Shown here one piece after another: positions 51,882 through 64,000 of a DNA stretch of 64,000 bases; within the stretch, counting starts at the first letter, position 1; each line of letters opens with the position of its first letter. Source of the stretch: Bigelowiella natans CCMP2755 (Eukaryota; Protista; Cercozoa); the NCBI GenBank assembly GCA_000320545.1, contig ADNK01002970.1, positions 1 through 64,000 on the forward strand. Direction: 5' to 3'. The notes under the pieces were generated by a model. It searched no databases and was not told where the DNA came from. It saw only the letters and a program-made list of their open reading frames with translations. The position numbers and the translations under genes were made by a program.

Positions 51882-52387
51882 TACCCTGCTGAATCCTGAG
51901 AGGAATCATAACCAGGAGTTGTGCTTTATATTTATTTTGATTTTGCTAATTCTAATAAGTTGTTTTGGTATATATTGTTGTTATATCAGTTTTTGCTTCG
52001 GTTGATGCTTTATTGTGGTGTCTATTTGAATGCTGGTACAGCAAAGGTACTAGTACCAGCACAACAACTAATGGTGGGGGAGAGGGAGGAGGAGGAGGAA
52101 GGGGAATATGAGAGTAGCAGTTGTAGTATTAGTGTGTGCAATAGTTGAGAGATATGTTTGTTGATCATCGCTCTCTCTCAGGTGCTCATACACTCTCCCC
52201 TACACGTGCATACTTACACATACGCACCCTCTCTTATACACACACGCGTTGTCGTATTAGGGTTGGACCTTTGGTTTCAGACTCACAAGTCTTAACAAGT
52301 TTAAATCCCTCAAGTAATAGAATAAATGATAGCAATAAGAAGAAGAAGAAGAATATTAGCGATTATTAGTAATAGTAGTTTCTTTCC

Positions 52388-52433
<46 letters not shown>

Positions 52434-52942
52434 TTTCTCTCTATAATATTAGTAATGATGATGATGATGAGCCTAGATTCGAGGGAAATGGATATGAGAT
52501 ATATAGAAACATACATAAGGGGGAGGAGACACAACGGAAGAAGAGAATACTTCCTTCGACTTTTGCTACTACATCACGATGATATTCAACTGGTTTTCCT
52601 TCATGTAGTTTGATCCTATATACGATGATGCTGCATCATCATGCTTCATCACCATCTATCCACCTAGCTTCTTACAGCAGTTCTTGGTCTTGTTCTTCTT
52701 CCATCCTCAATGCGTATTATCATCATTTGGCAGATCAACAGATCGCAAGACTACTTTATTGCACTACATAGTTAAGAGAGTCAATAAAAGCCACTACTAC
52801 CGACTACAAAGAAAAGCAGGAGGAGGAGGACAAGGAAGAGAATTTTCATCTAAAAACAGAGGGGAGGAAGTAAAGACAAACGAATCCAAAATCAGCAGAT
52901 TGGGGTAGTAGTACTACGTATATGATGAAACAATCGTATCTG

Positions 52943-52978
<36 letters not shown>

Positions 52979-54069
52979 AATATCATCACTTTCCCCCCCA
53001 CCATATGTGTTTACTTATTCCAAATGGTCCACAGGTCATCATCGTCGTCATCATTTGTGGAGAATGTCCGCAATGCGGTGAGACGGTCCAGTAGGGTGGA
53101 GATGGCCTATGTAGAGTCAGAAATCAAACAGATTTCACAGAGCATTTCGCTTCTCAAAGTAATGTTTTACGATGATCAAGAAAAAAATAAAAAGACGAAG
53201 GATATTCGTGTTGTAAGTATCAATAACTAGGAAACAAGTGCACTCATACGATAGCAAATATCTTTTTTTTTGTTCCTTTTCCTTTTTATTTGAGCGAGTG
53301 AGGGATTGGTGCATTATGCTGACTATGATAACGATAATGATAATGAGGATGATAATGCAAACGATGGATACAGCAGCAGTATATTATGACAAATATCGAT
53401 TTACACTGCTGTTACGAAGAAATGTTATCCATGATAATGATTGTTGTTGTTTTTGTTGTCGCAGATTTCCATCAATGAGGCAGCAAAATCAGGAAACCCG
53501 TACCCAGAGAAGGTAGGTTTCTCCTTTGTTTGTGTTTACTTATCATCATGGGTTACTAGCAGTCTTAGTAGTAGGATTGCTTTTTCCTTTGGTGTATGGA
53601 TGATGACGTATTCTCTTTCCATCTTACTCTCCATCCTTGTTGTTATTATTACTTTAGGTCACCGAATTCTGCACCTATGCTGAGGAGCGATATAGAGCGC
53701 TCAGCAAAGAGTAAGAGATGCCTTCATGTCATCAAATAATACAATATAATGCTCCTAACTTAATTATTCTTGTTTATTTCTTGTTGTAAATTCTGTTGCT
53801 TACTCATATATCCGTGCACCCACTTATCAATCTCCTCCTCCTCCTTCATCTTCTCCAACAGCCTTTATACTGCACACCGAGAGTTTGCTGAAACTTGCCG
53901 TTATTTTGGAGAGAAGGTTTCTTTTGCAGTTTTAGGCAATTGTAGCTTTCATTATCTATACTACTTTATTGGTGTAGTAGCAGTAGCATCAGCACGTCGT
54001 ATACCATAATAGCTCTTAAATTATATATAAGTTTATCAGACGATAGTAAGATGCAATGATACCTCGCAT

Positions 54070-54100
<31 letters not shown>

Positions 54101-54246
54101 TAGTAGGTTGATGATGACATCATGATAACTTACAGCATGCTAATCTACTTCGATAGGAAGCAACGTGGGAGGAGTTCTTTGCTACGTGGGATTTGTTTTT
54201 CGCAGAGTACCAAAGAGCTGAGTATGACGTCAAGAGGTAGTGCGTA

Positions 54247-54282
<36 letters not shown>

Positions 54283-54326
54283 GCTTGTACAGTAGTAGGA
54301 CCGTGATACTATCTTGTCTGCTCACA

Positions 54327-54361
<35 letters not shown>

Positions 54362-54961
54362 AATCAAGGAATGTTTGCACGAGTTGTGATGAAGATGAAG
54401 AAGAGTATTCAATTTGAAATGATGTCGTCTATTCATTATAAACTAACGAAAGAAGAGGAATGAGATAGGGGATACTCACGTGCTGATGGATGTCAATTGC
54501 TCTGATTCTTTGTTTTGTGTGGTGTGTTGCTTGCCTTCCTCCTCTCTCTCAGGAATATACAAAACGCACTGCGACTTAGGCGAAAGCAAGAATACGAAGT
54601 GCAAAGAAAACGTGCCAAGAGAGATCGAGAACGACGTCAACAGCAATCCCGGTAAACGATGAGTGTTGTTGGAACTATAGCCATCATCCGTCCATCATTC
54701 ATTCCATTCTACGAATGATAACTCGATAAACTTCCATGTCTGTGTAGTTTATTTTCGACTACATTCAACAATATACTACTCCTCGTGATCTGAGAAACTT
54801 GTCAAGTCTTAAACTACTAGTATCAATCAATGTGGATACTTTCTATCTCTACTTTCCCTGCAGCCTTCTATCTTCTTTTCCTCCTATGACAGCGACGTAT
54901 TACTACTCATTAGGAAACTACGTGACTCACGGTCACCAAGAATAAGCGAAATGGTATCAAT

Positions 54962-54992
<31 letters not shown>

Positions 54993-55164
54993 CTACGTGT
55001 TAGTACGCATGCTGCATAAGAATTTGATACAGGAAACACACATACATACATACAAGGATTCAAATGCTATTATCTTGGTAAACAACTCGTTGTTCAACAT
55101 ATTACAGGTTGGAAGCGATATGTTGGCCTCTGAGCTAATGAATGAGGCTTTCGATAAACTCTAA
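40690..55164 (+). CDS. Formin (FH1-FH2) with upstream coiled-coil and PDZ-like domain; many short exons
   Basis: FH1 polyproline at 48147-48300. FH2 exons: KMRRFHWD, RRSYNVDITLSR|FKMSY, KVEQFFLTMTSIP, RLRNFRFLLEF, CGVYLNAGT, GFRLTSLNK, STDRKTTLLHYIV, CRYFGE, EEFFATWDLF. Last exon VGSDML...FDKL*. Linkage of the 5' half is less certain than the FH2 call. Confidence 0.85.
46701..46780. repeat. Perfect 2 x 40-bp tandem duplication of a polypyrimidine tract just before a formin exon
   Basis: ttcgctctcacccccacttcctcttttctcactgccctta at 46701 and 46741. Confidence 0.95.
46816..47084. repeat. Perfect 5 x 53-bp minisatellite spanning a formin exon/intron boundary
   Basis: Unit ctacacagcttgaacaagtacatagacactcagtagtactagatatgctgaca starts at 46816, 46869, 46922, 46975 and 47028. 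Confidence 0.97.
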
Positions 55165-56082
55165 ATAGCAGCTCTGCCTTTTCTCATTCAAGAAGTAGCA
55201 GTATAGCTTACATGTCCTGAACTAGATGGCTTGATTAGAATGTATGCAGCAACGACAAATTTAGAACGTAACAAATTAGTCAATGCAAGATGTACCTATC
55301 GTTGTCGCTTATGTTGGAATGCATGCATGTACACGCGTACGGTGTAACACAGTATTTGATGATGTTATTCCAAATGCGCGCTTTTCTGCTAGCTTCTGGA
55401 GCTTTGTTTGGACATGCGTTTCGCATGTGATTACTTGTTGTAGAGCTACTAGCTACGTTTAGTACAAGCACTTCCATTTTATTCTAGGGACTGCTACCCA
55501 CTATAGCCCAATCTAGCCAAGCAAGATAAATGCTTCGTACTAGATAATCTAGCGCACATTATCAACACACCTCCGTTACATATGTGACCCATCTAAGCCA
55601 TCTTGCTTGCCTTATGAATGAGCACCGTCATGGCAGTAGCTATGATTTCAACGACAATATCTCTACATCAATAAGCATACGACTGTGTATTGTGCACACA
55701 TTTTTGTTAATGCATGCGACAGTGTGTCATCTAATTGTGCACATTCTGTTCATGAATCCAAGCTTTGCCATGTCTAACTAGACGTATCTAGCTATAGCTA
55801 GTGTCAACGCCGCTACTGCATCTTTTTAGATTCGAGCGCATCAGTTAGTCAGCCGAATGGTGGGTCCTTTGTTGATCGACTTGCAGAATTTTACACTGAG
55901 CTAGTAAGACTACAAAGAGCAAATTGTCCATTTGTTGAGCGGTCATTTCCTTACGCAAGATAAGGTTGCATTGCCGTACTCAATATCTAGATTTATTGGT
56001 GCACGTTGCATGTGTTTGTGATTCCTAATTGCTTGCTATCACCGAATCTGGATACCCGTGATTATTGCACTGCATGCTGCAT

Positions 56083-58742
56083 CTACAATTTCGAATAGCC
56101 ACTGTGTGCTTCAGAGCTTTGACTTGCTCCGACGTCCAACGAAGGATCATGCCTCCTGACGGTAAAGGATGAACCGTGCCGCAGCAGTGAAGCTCTAGAT
56201 GGAGCATACCGATACCGCCTATAGAATAAGTAGTAACAGATTCCTAGCACAGCTATTCCGCCTACACCTACACCAATACTCAGCCCAACTAAGAAGGTAA
56301 CATCATGGCTTTGCTCATCGTGGTCAACAGATCTATGGCTCGTCGTCGGCGAACCTATTGGGCTAGGTGAGGGCACTGGTGTAGAAGCAGCGGAGGGCTG
56401 CGCTGTAGGCGTGGAATCACATGTTCCAACAAGATGTGGAACGTAAGCCTCGCAGTCAGGCATCACCATTATGGATGCAGAAACCTCATCAACGTTGTGA
56501 AGACGTATTCGAGACTGCTGTGGAAAAGGTCCAGAGAATGCACAGCCAGCGCCATCAAAGATGATCGACTGCAACGGTTGCGTCATCCATGGGATTGGCA
56601 GTGGAAGGTTGATACCCCCCGCAACAGTGAGGTTGGGACTGCCAGATGGTACGAACTTACTAAGGGGAAGGTCATTTCTGGTTTGAGAGGTTACAGAATT
56701 GCAAGCGAAAACACAAGATATGAAGGAAGCCGTGATGATGCCAGCGCGAACATCAGACCCTCCTCCAATGCCCTCAAACGCTGCGTACGCGGCGCCGAAC
56801 GCAACAGAAGACCTGCTGCTTGCATTTTTGGCTGCGACGATATTTTTGGCAAACACAGTCTCTGCTGCGGTAATATTGAGGGTTGATGAGCACCCAACGT
56901 TCGTTACGGAGATGGCACCGCCCATTATCGGTTCTATAGATGAGGCACATAAGCTTGAGTTCGGAAGTAGAGGTACACATGGGCGGTCCCAACCCACTGG
57001 AGGGGGCCACGAAAGAACATGATTGCGGTGCAATGCTGAAGTCTTGACCGTGAGGCTGGTGTTGAAACAGCCGATTGTGTCGTCCGTTCCATTTGGACCG
57101 TTTACCACCGCAACGAAGCCCCCGGAAGCGGTGCATGCCATACCGTTGCAGGCCGCAACGTTTCCCGTGGCCGTCGTGTTGGTGAAGTGTGCAGAGAGAA
57201 TGGGGTCCAGCGCAACCGCCCCCCCGGTGCTTCCACACGCCGTACCGGTGCAGGTGGCAATATTCGAGATGAATGAGATGCTGTCAACATTTAGAGTCGC
57301 TGATCCCGCCAATGGGTCACCGCCAATAGATGGTGCTGCGCCCTGCAGAAAAAGAGCGCCTCCTTCGGTTAGACCAGTGTATTGAGAAGAGGGATTTCCC
57401 ACACAGTTAACAACATTGTCCTCGAAGCGGGTGCCATCGGTTATGGATACGTGTACACCTCCCAGGACAGCGATAGCACCACCATTGGCGGTGGCAGAAG
57501 TAGATACGCAATTAAATGTCGCTGCTGTATTTCCGAAAAAGGAGCTAGAGGTTACGAATAGGGATAGCGAGACACCGGACGCACGTACACGACTAACACC
57601 GTCAACTATCGTCGTGTCAATATTTATTGCACCGCCCCCTGCCACGCTGATAAAAAAAGGGGGAGATTCGCTAGTAAGATTAAAGCTAGGGACTAGCAAG
57701 TGACAACTTCAGAAGAGGATGATAGAAGTGCTTTTGCAATGCAACAAGGGGATCAGACGAGGAAGACATTTTAAAGAAAAATATGTTAGATAAGAAATAT
57801 TTTTTAAAGTAGTGCAGAAAGAGAGGCAAGGAAGAGAAAGGTGCCAATGGAGCGGCTGAGGGCGGCACAGTTGACAGTTTACTGTGCTGCCTTCTGCCGC
57901 TACATTCACACCACAGTAAAGCTACACCTGATGAGGTCGTTGCTGGTTATTGCACCAACGCTGATGTTCCTTGGAGCAATGTTAAGAAGTCGATTTTCCA
58001 TAAATTGCGAAGCTACGACTCGGACTTGGACAGAAAACGATCCCGTGGCTGATATAGATAGCGCCGCACCACCGATACCGACTCCTCGATCACTACTGCT
58101 AGCATTCACATTTACGAAGTTATCGATAAATTGAGTGCCTACCACCTGGATAAGACTCGGACTCTTGCTTTCCCCAGATAACCTTATGTTGATTGCGCCG
58201 CCCTGGCCCGCCCCGTAGATACCGTTTTGGGAGAATTCACAGCCGGTAAAGATGAAACTGAACGGCGGATGGGCTGCCAGGATAGAAATTGCTCCTCCAA
58301 AAATGTATGAAGACGGTGCTGCCGCGCGGGCCAAGCCATTCCGCATTGCACAGCCAATGAATGTCGCTCGCGATCCGGTAATGGAGATCAGACCATACAC
58401 CCTCCCCCCTCCTGGATCACTGTTTGCGCTCCTGATGACCGTCAGGTTGGATATGACAGTGCCGTTCGCAACCAAGTCCAGTGCAATGCCAGGGCATTCG
58501 ATGATTGTAACCTCATTACCACGACCGTGGATTGTCACGTTCTCGGCAGCGACGGTGATACCACAGTCGCTACCAGTGAAGGTTCCTGCACCGAGCTCGA
58601 GAGTTGCCCCAGCTGTAGCCCCCTGGATGGCTGCAGCAAGACCCCCTGGAGAGACATGTAGCGGAGCGGCACCGTAGGCCATGAGGAAACACGTTGGGAT
58701 GAAGGCCATGAGCGTGGCTGCAGAAGCTGATTTCCGTACCAT
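56083..58742 (-). CDS. Type I membrane surface protein with GGAI/FxxN repeats (polymorphic-membrane-protein-like beta-helix)
   Basis: ORFs 57906-58742 and 56083-57699. N-terminal signal peptide, repeated GGAI/GGAL with FxxN, Pro/Ser/Thr stalk, TM helix FLVGLSIGVGVGGIAVLGICYYLF, then RRYRY. Splicing across 57700-57950 is unresolved. Confidence 0.8.
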
Positions 58743-60303
58743 TTGGCAGGAACGATTTTTTGGGAGATGTATTCGAGTGCAAATGTCTCCTCAGGAGGTA
58801 GAATCAGCCTCAAAGCCACCTGGCCTATGAAGTAAGGTTCTGATTCAGACTAGAGGATTGACGAAGCCCCCTTCTCTTTCAAAACATGCAGCAGATCTGG
58901 TGGTCAACCCCCCTAATAGATCTACTACATGTAAAGCATTCTAATCGGAAACTGGACATGAAGGAATGTCATGCCGTTGGAAACCGAAAGATTGGATGAA
59001 TGATGTGAATAACCGCCGCTGTTTTTGGAAAGCGACATGATTATTGTTGTCCAACTCTCCTACTAGTAGTACTGCGATGCTCGTCACGGTAGAGTGCTCA
59101 CATACTTGTTTATGAACTCCACCTGAAGGCCATTTCTACGTAGCGACATGCCAAATGAGGTGGATCACCAAGTGAAAGGACTGTGATTTCGAGCTCATTA
59201 TCGGTGCTCGTTGTGGTGTGCCTCGATCGACCGAGTGAAAAGGAAGTGAAATAAATTGGGCATGGGGAAGGCGTTGTTGTGTTGTAAGAAGGATGGAGGT
59301 GCTGTGGAGACCGCTGGTGTAAATCCAAGAACGTGCGTCCCCGTTCCTCATGAAACCTCTTTAGTTGTGCCGGTTTCAGGAAGAAAAAGGTCACCTCTTT
59401 AGCTTTCACATTGTATTCGATTCACAAGAATTTTGATTCAGGACTGAAGACACACTCCAAAGTTTAACATCACCCATGTCCGAAGAAAGCTTTCGGCTTC
59501 ATTGTGAAAATTCGGAATTTGCAGCATCCCAACAAAAAATATATATATTTTGAAGAGACAGCGTGAGAACGCAAGTGGGTTCATGTTTTCACGGACAGCA
59601 GCATTTCAGCAATTCGCTGCGACCACTAGACCACGCACTGGAGATTAACATCTTCCATCGAACATGGTATCATGCGTGGAAATCATCTTTCAAGAGCAAA
59701 GAAGACGACAAAATGAAGGGAATGATGATTAAGTTGCGCCAAAAAAATATATATATGCGTACGTTATGAATCGCGTTAAGCTAGTAAGCGTGCTAGTGTG
59801 ACTGATATAGCGATGTGTGCGTGCTAGCGTGCGTGGCACATGTCTAGACATGTACATGCATTCAGCATGCGCTGCGAAGTATTTATAAGTACTGCATGTA
59901 CACGGCACGTGTATAACATGACCTGAATGCTGCAATGTGTTAAGTCATGATGATAGACATGCAACATATTATCATGCACGTGTGTGTGCTGTGTCGCGTT
60001 CGGTTCTATAGTTCTGTGATGCATGTGTGACACATGCTAGCATGTCTAGATGTGACACAGTTTTTCTTGTTTTTTTCGTAGCATGCTCGCATAGGTAGAG
60101 TCGTGGAGAGGATCGAAACCCAAAGGTATTACTAGATTAACTCTCTGAATGGTCATCAGACGACGCTAGGACGACATGGTACAATTTAAAGAGCAACATC
60201 GAGATCTTTCATTATCATTTACCACAGCACTACAATATGATTCCAAGTTACATCCAAAATGTACTTCAATGCTATAGTCTTACTAACAGTTACCAGCTTC
60301 TCT

Positions 60304-60384
60304 TCAAAATGACTCTTTCTTGTTACCATTTCGCTCATATTCCTATGACAGAAAGAGGATATTTGGTCAAGATAAGGACAAACG

Positions 60385-60437
<53 letters not shown>

Positions 60438-60804
60438 CTCGAAAATAGGCAAATTTGACTGGATGTCGGTGACATAGTGTAGTAGAGAATCACCTTAATC
60501 CCTTCATTTGTGATCTCAAAACCTGGTCTCCAAGATTGTCCCCTGTATTGGATATTTCCATCATTTAAACCATAACTCCATCAATACGTAGTGGTAATAA
60601 TTTAAATATGTAATAAAGTGATTTGCAGTGTTAAAATTTTTCGAAGTTCTATCAGCAGCTGCAACAAGCTCAGAAGCAGCACAACACAACATGCTTCATT
60701 TTGCGGTCACACTTATTGGATGTCCACATTTTCCAGAATTCGCGATCGCTAAGATTCTGATGGTGATAGCATCAACATTGACAAAATTAAGAACGATGAT
60801 GGTA

Positions 60805-60839
<35 letters not shown>

Positions 60840-61342
60840 TGTGATAGGAATGATATGAAGAAACGAAGGAAAAGGGTATATGAATGGATGCAAGTAACTG
60901 TGCAGAGTATCTCGTTCCAATGCTCTTCAAATTCTTGTTCGAATTTGTCATTTTTTGGTCGCAAATATGATTCTATCCGCTGAGTAGATATGCACAGAAT
61001 CAATGGTAATGATAATAGGGATAGAAGTGAAGTGCATGGAGATTATATGATTGCGTTGTGGAAATGGAGATTATTCGGTAAAACTATGCAAAATAACGGT
61101 CTTCGTGAATCAAATACAAGGCTCTCTGGTGAGGTAGACGTAATCTCTTAGTATTGATTTTATTACAGCTATCTTCATCTGTTTCCAATCTCTGTCCATC
61201 TGTAGCAATATTGATTTTGGGTAAGTTATCTCTGTCCATCTATAGCAATATTATCAAGATTTTAGCTAAGTTATTGATATGCTGATGACAACAAATCCCT
61301 CGATAGAGATTCACATTGATAGATAGTAATAACGCTGTGGTA

Positions 61343-61382
<40 letters not shown>

Positions 61383-61744
61383 TCTGTTATGCTTACTAGT
61401 ACTGCTACTACTACTTCACCCGAGCTTTGGCTTGTTTCTCCGTCTCTGATATTAGCGGCCCATTGTGCTTTGACTTTCTCTTCGCAAAATGGTTGCTACC
61501 ACCGCTGTCAGATCGCCTTTATCATATTTCGAAATGACTGTTTTTCAATATATGTGAAAACTGCTGCTTTTTTTGTAAAGATAGAACGAGCAGCAACAAA
61601 TTGATTGTGGTGGATGGATAAACGGCAAGCGAGATAAAAAAACATACGGATACATTATAATAATAGGTATTATTATCAGATTAGGTATTACGTTATAATA
61701 ATAGGCATTATTAGATTAGGGGTCGTGATATTCGTCATTGTGGT

Positions 61745-61776
<32 letters not shown>

Positions 61777-61843
61777 ACTGAATTGAGGGCTCCATCATAT
61801 TGAGTTGCTTTTCCATGTTTCTGATAGATTTCTACACACATAA

Positions 61844-61893
<50 letters not shown>

Positions 61894-62151
61894 GGTGGGG
61901 AGTGGGAGATAATGATTATGTTTGTCCTATGTTGTTGTGACATATAGCAATGCTCATCCTCGTCGTCATCATCATCATCATCATCATCATCATCACCTCT
62001 TTGAAGTAGCCACAAGTCTTCCATCTCTTGACTAGAGTTTTTAGTACGCTTACATTATCTCCAGATCTAAAAGGCAATGATGAATAATACACTATCAAGT
62101 GCTCGGCCATAGATTGTCGTGCATGCAATGAGATTATTCTTCTTCGCGCTT

Positions 62152-62190
<39 letters not shown>

Positions 62191-62884
62191 AATAAAAACA
62201 ATTGAATATAGATTCCTTTTCATCCCATTTATGAAAACATATTGGTGCTCCGTGACGGTGTTTACCGGAGAATAAACTTATGGGCACTCCTGACCAGTAG
62301 TGTTCTATACCTAACGGAGACGGCACAGAAGTTAGGATGAAAGGTCATAGGATTGGGAAAAAGCTAGGGGGAGATGGTGCATGATCCGTGCGTTGCGTGT
62401 TGTTCACGAAAGTCACATGAATGAATACTACCGGGTTTCTCCGTCTAATAAATTATCAACGACACAAATTAGGTTCCTTTTGTGCAAACTTGTGGCTTTC
62501 TAGGAAATAGATTATAAAGGGGAAAGATTAGGAAGTAGATCATGAAGAAAATAGATTATCCGATGGGAATAAATCCATGTTGTTATTGGAAAGACGGTAA
62601 GACTCACATCCATCCTATTCAATATGGTGTCCAGAATTGGTTTGGCAAAATCCTCAGCGTGAGCGAGAGCATGCTCGACAACTTTTTTGATGGAAGACTG
62701 ATCAGCGGAAGAGAGGTTGCTGAGAAGCCCCTGAAACACGCTGATGACAAAAAGTAAATAAATGTTACGCAAGTGCGTAGCTTTTCCATTTCTCTTGCAC
62801 ATGAACTATTATGCATCCAAATTGCTAGGGCAACAAATACCTCATGGGGTCATAAGCGATGGTGTTGCTACTCTTGCTCTCCAT
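60304..62884 (-). CDS. CTK3: Ctk3-like protein (CTD kinase I gamma subunit): CID-like N-domain plus Ctk3 C-terminal motif; may have extra 5' exons
   Basis: YDPMS|VFQGLLSNLSSADQSSIKKVVEHALAHAEDFAKPILDTILNRMD|KATSLHKRNLICVVDNLL, NVSVLKTLVKRW, and KAR|MDRDWKQMKIA|RIESYLRPKNDKFEQEFEEHWNE..|NLSDREF. Confidence 0.65.
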
Positions 62885-64000
62885 TCTCTTTCGTTGACCA
62901 ATCCTTGTCTGGCTGGCAAGGACTCTTCCTTTCTCGACCCTACTTCCTTCGAAAAATTTCACGTCTTCGTGATGGATGAGGAAAAATAAGGGCAGTGGAG
63001 GGGTGGGACTGATGAATTACGGAGAGGAATATGAAAGACACCCCATCGTAATAAAGCGGGTAGTGAGCGTAGCTTCCTTGTTGGATTCGATGAGAAATAA
63101 CCACAATTTTAGGCAATTATATGTCGGAATAATATCTATATTCTATCATTATAATATCGGCATGTATTTATTGGATGAATATCTCGCATGATGAAAGCAC
63201 ACTTGAAATACATCAACAACAACATTATTAACAACAATATGAACAACAACTGGTGAAGCATCATGTCGTTTCAGCATCTAGCAAGAACCGTACAAATACA
63301 GGCCATTTTCACGTAAGTCTGCACTACTTAGTTGTCGCAGTCGTCAAGATCTCGACTTGTGAAACGACGAACCGTCCAGTCTACAGTACGCTAGAACAGC
63401 TCCAAGTAACCCCCCCTCCCGTTCGACACATCTTTGTTACAGCACACTATAGACGAAAATAATGGCAGAGTCCAAAGAGATTACAGTTGACCAAAGTAAG
63501 ATCCAATCGCTCCAAATGGAGCGTTCCGTGACCGTTTTCCAAGTTGCCCCGGACACATCTGTAGATTTGACGAGTTCGGAGCTGCTTCTCTCAAAAATTT
63601 TCGTCGAATTTATTGCAATGTAGGGAAAGTCTCACGCATTTAATCACCAAATTGTTGTGTTCTTTCTATCTCAGATTTAATGTTGATTGGACTTATTCTG
63701 CACTTCTATTCAGGACTCTCTTTGTTTTCATTGGATGTGGTGCCGCAGTGTCCACGTCGGTTGTACTATTATCCATTCACCTGCGTGATTTATGCATGAA
63801 TTATATCGTTTCCGACAACGAATAGCGATTTAGAAAGAATTTTGTCTCATGTGTTCATTTCAGAGGACGGCAGATTTCGGCTCTGCAGGGTGGGTAACGG
63901 GCGTCGCTCTTGCTTTTGGGTTGTGACACTAGCATTCAAATTCCTCCTTAATGCAAAACGATTTCCTCACCCTCCTGTCCATCATAATAAAAGCTTCGCA

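Noticed and set aside
41000-55000. Many 60-140 aa ORFs with poly-H/T/V/C/I/M/S
   Set aside because: Translations of intronic microsatellites; only short embedded segments are true formin exons.
59110-59500. ORF 59110-59409 as a gene
   Set aside because: No recognisable domain, stops upstream, and no consistent exon chain.

Overview
Intron-rich eukaryotic nuclear DNA with mostly short GT-AG introns full of microsatellites. It looks like a protist; a chlorarachniophyte/Rhizaria origin is a guess from style only. Most of the ORF track is noise, so genes were rebuilt by hand-splicing exons. In order: 3' end of an unknown gene; a tyrosine-kinase-type kinase with C-terminal Kelch repeats and an internal 345-bp duplication; a ~12-kb minus-strand locus that splices in frame as FHA - BRCT - family X DNA polymerase - ERI1-like DEDDh 3'-5' exonuclease (top finding); a membrane-anchored DUF1996 protein; an unknown gene; an RNI-type LRR gene; a Tpt1/KptA 2'-phosphotransferase with an inserted SAM domain running into a second, ERI3-like exonuclease; an ankyrin gene with a degenerate Dam/DIRS-type methyltransferase-like region; a ~14-kb PDZ-FH1-FH2 formin with a 5x53-bp splice-site-spanning repeat; a GGAI-repeat beta-helix surface protein; and a Ctk3-like gene. 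Spacers rich in palindromic 4-mers recur at gene 3' ends. All exon structures are predictions made by eye without RNA data, and family calls come from remembered motifs, not database searches.
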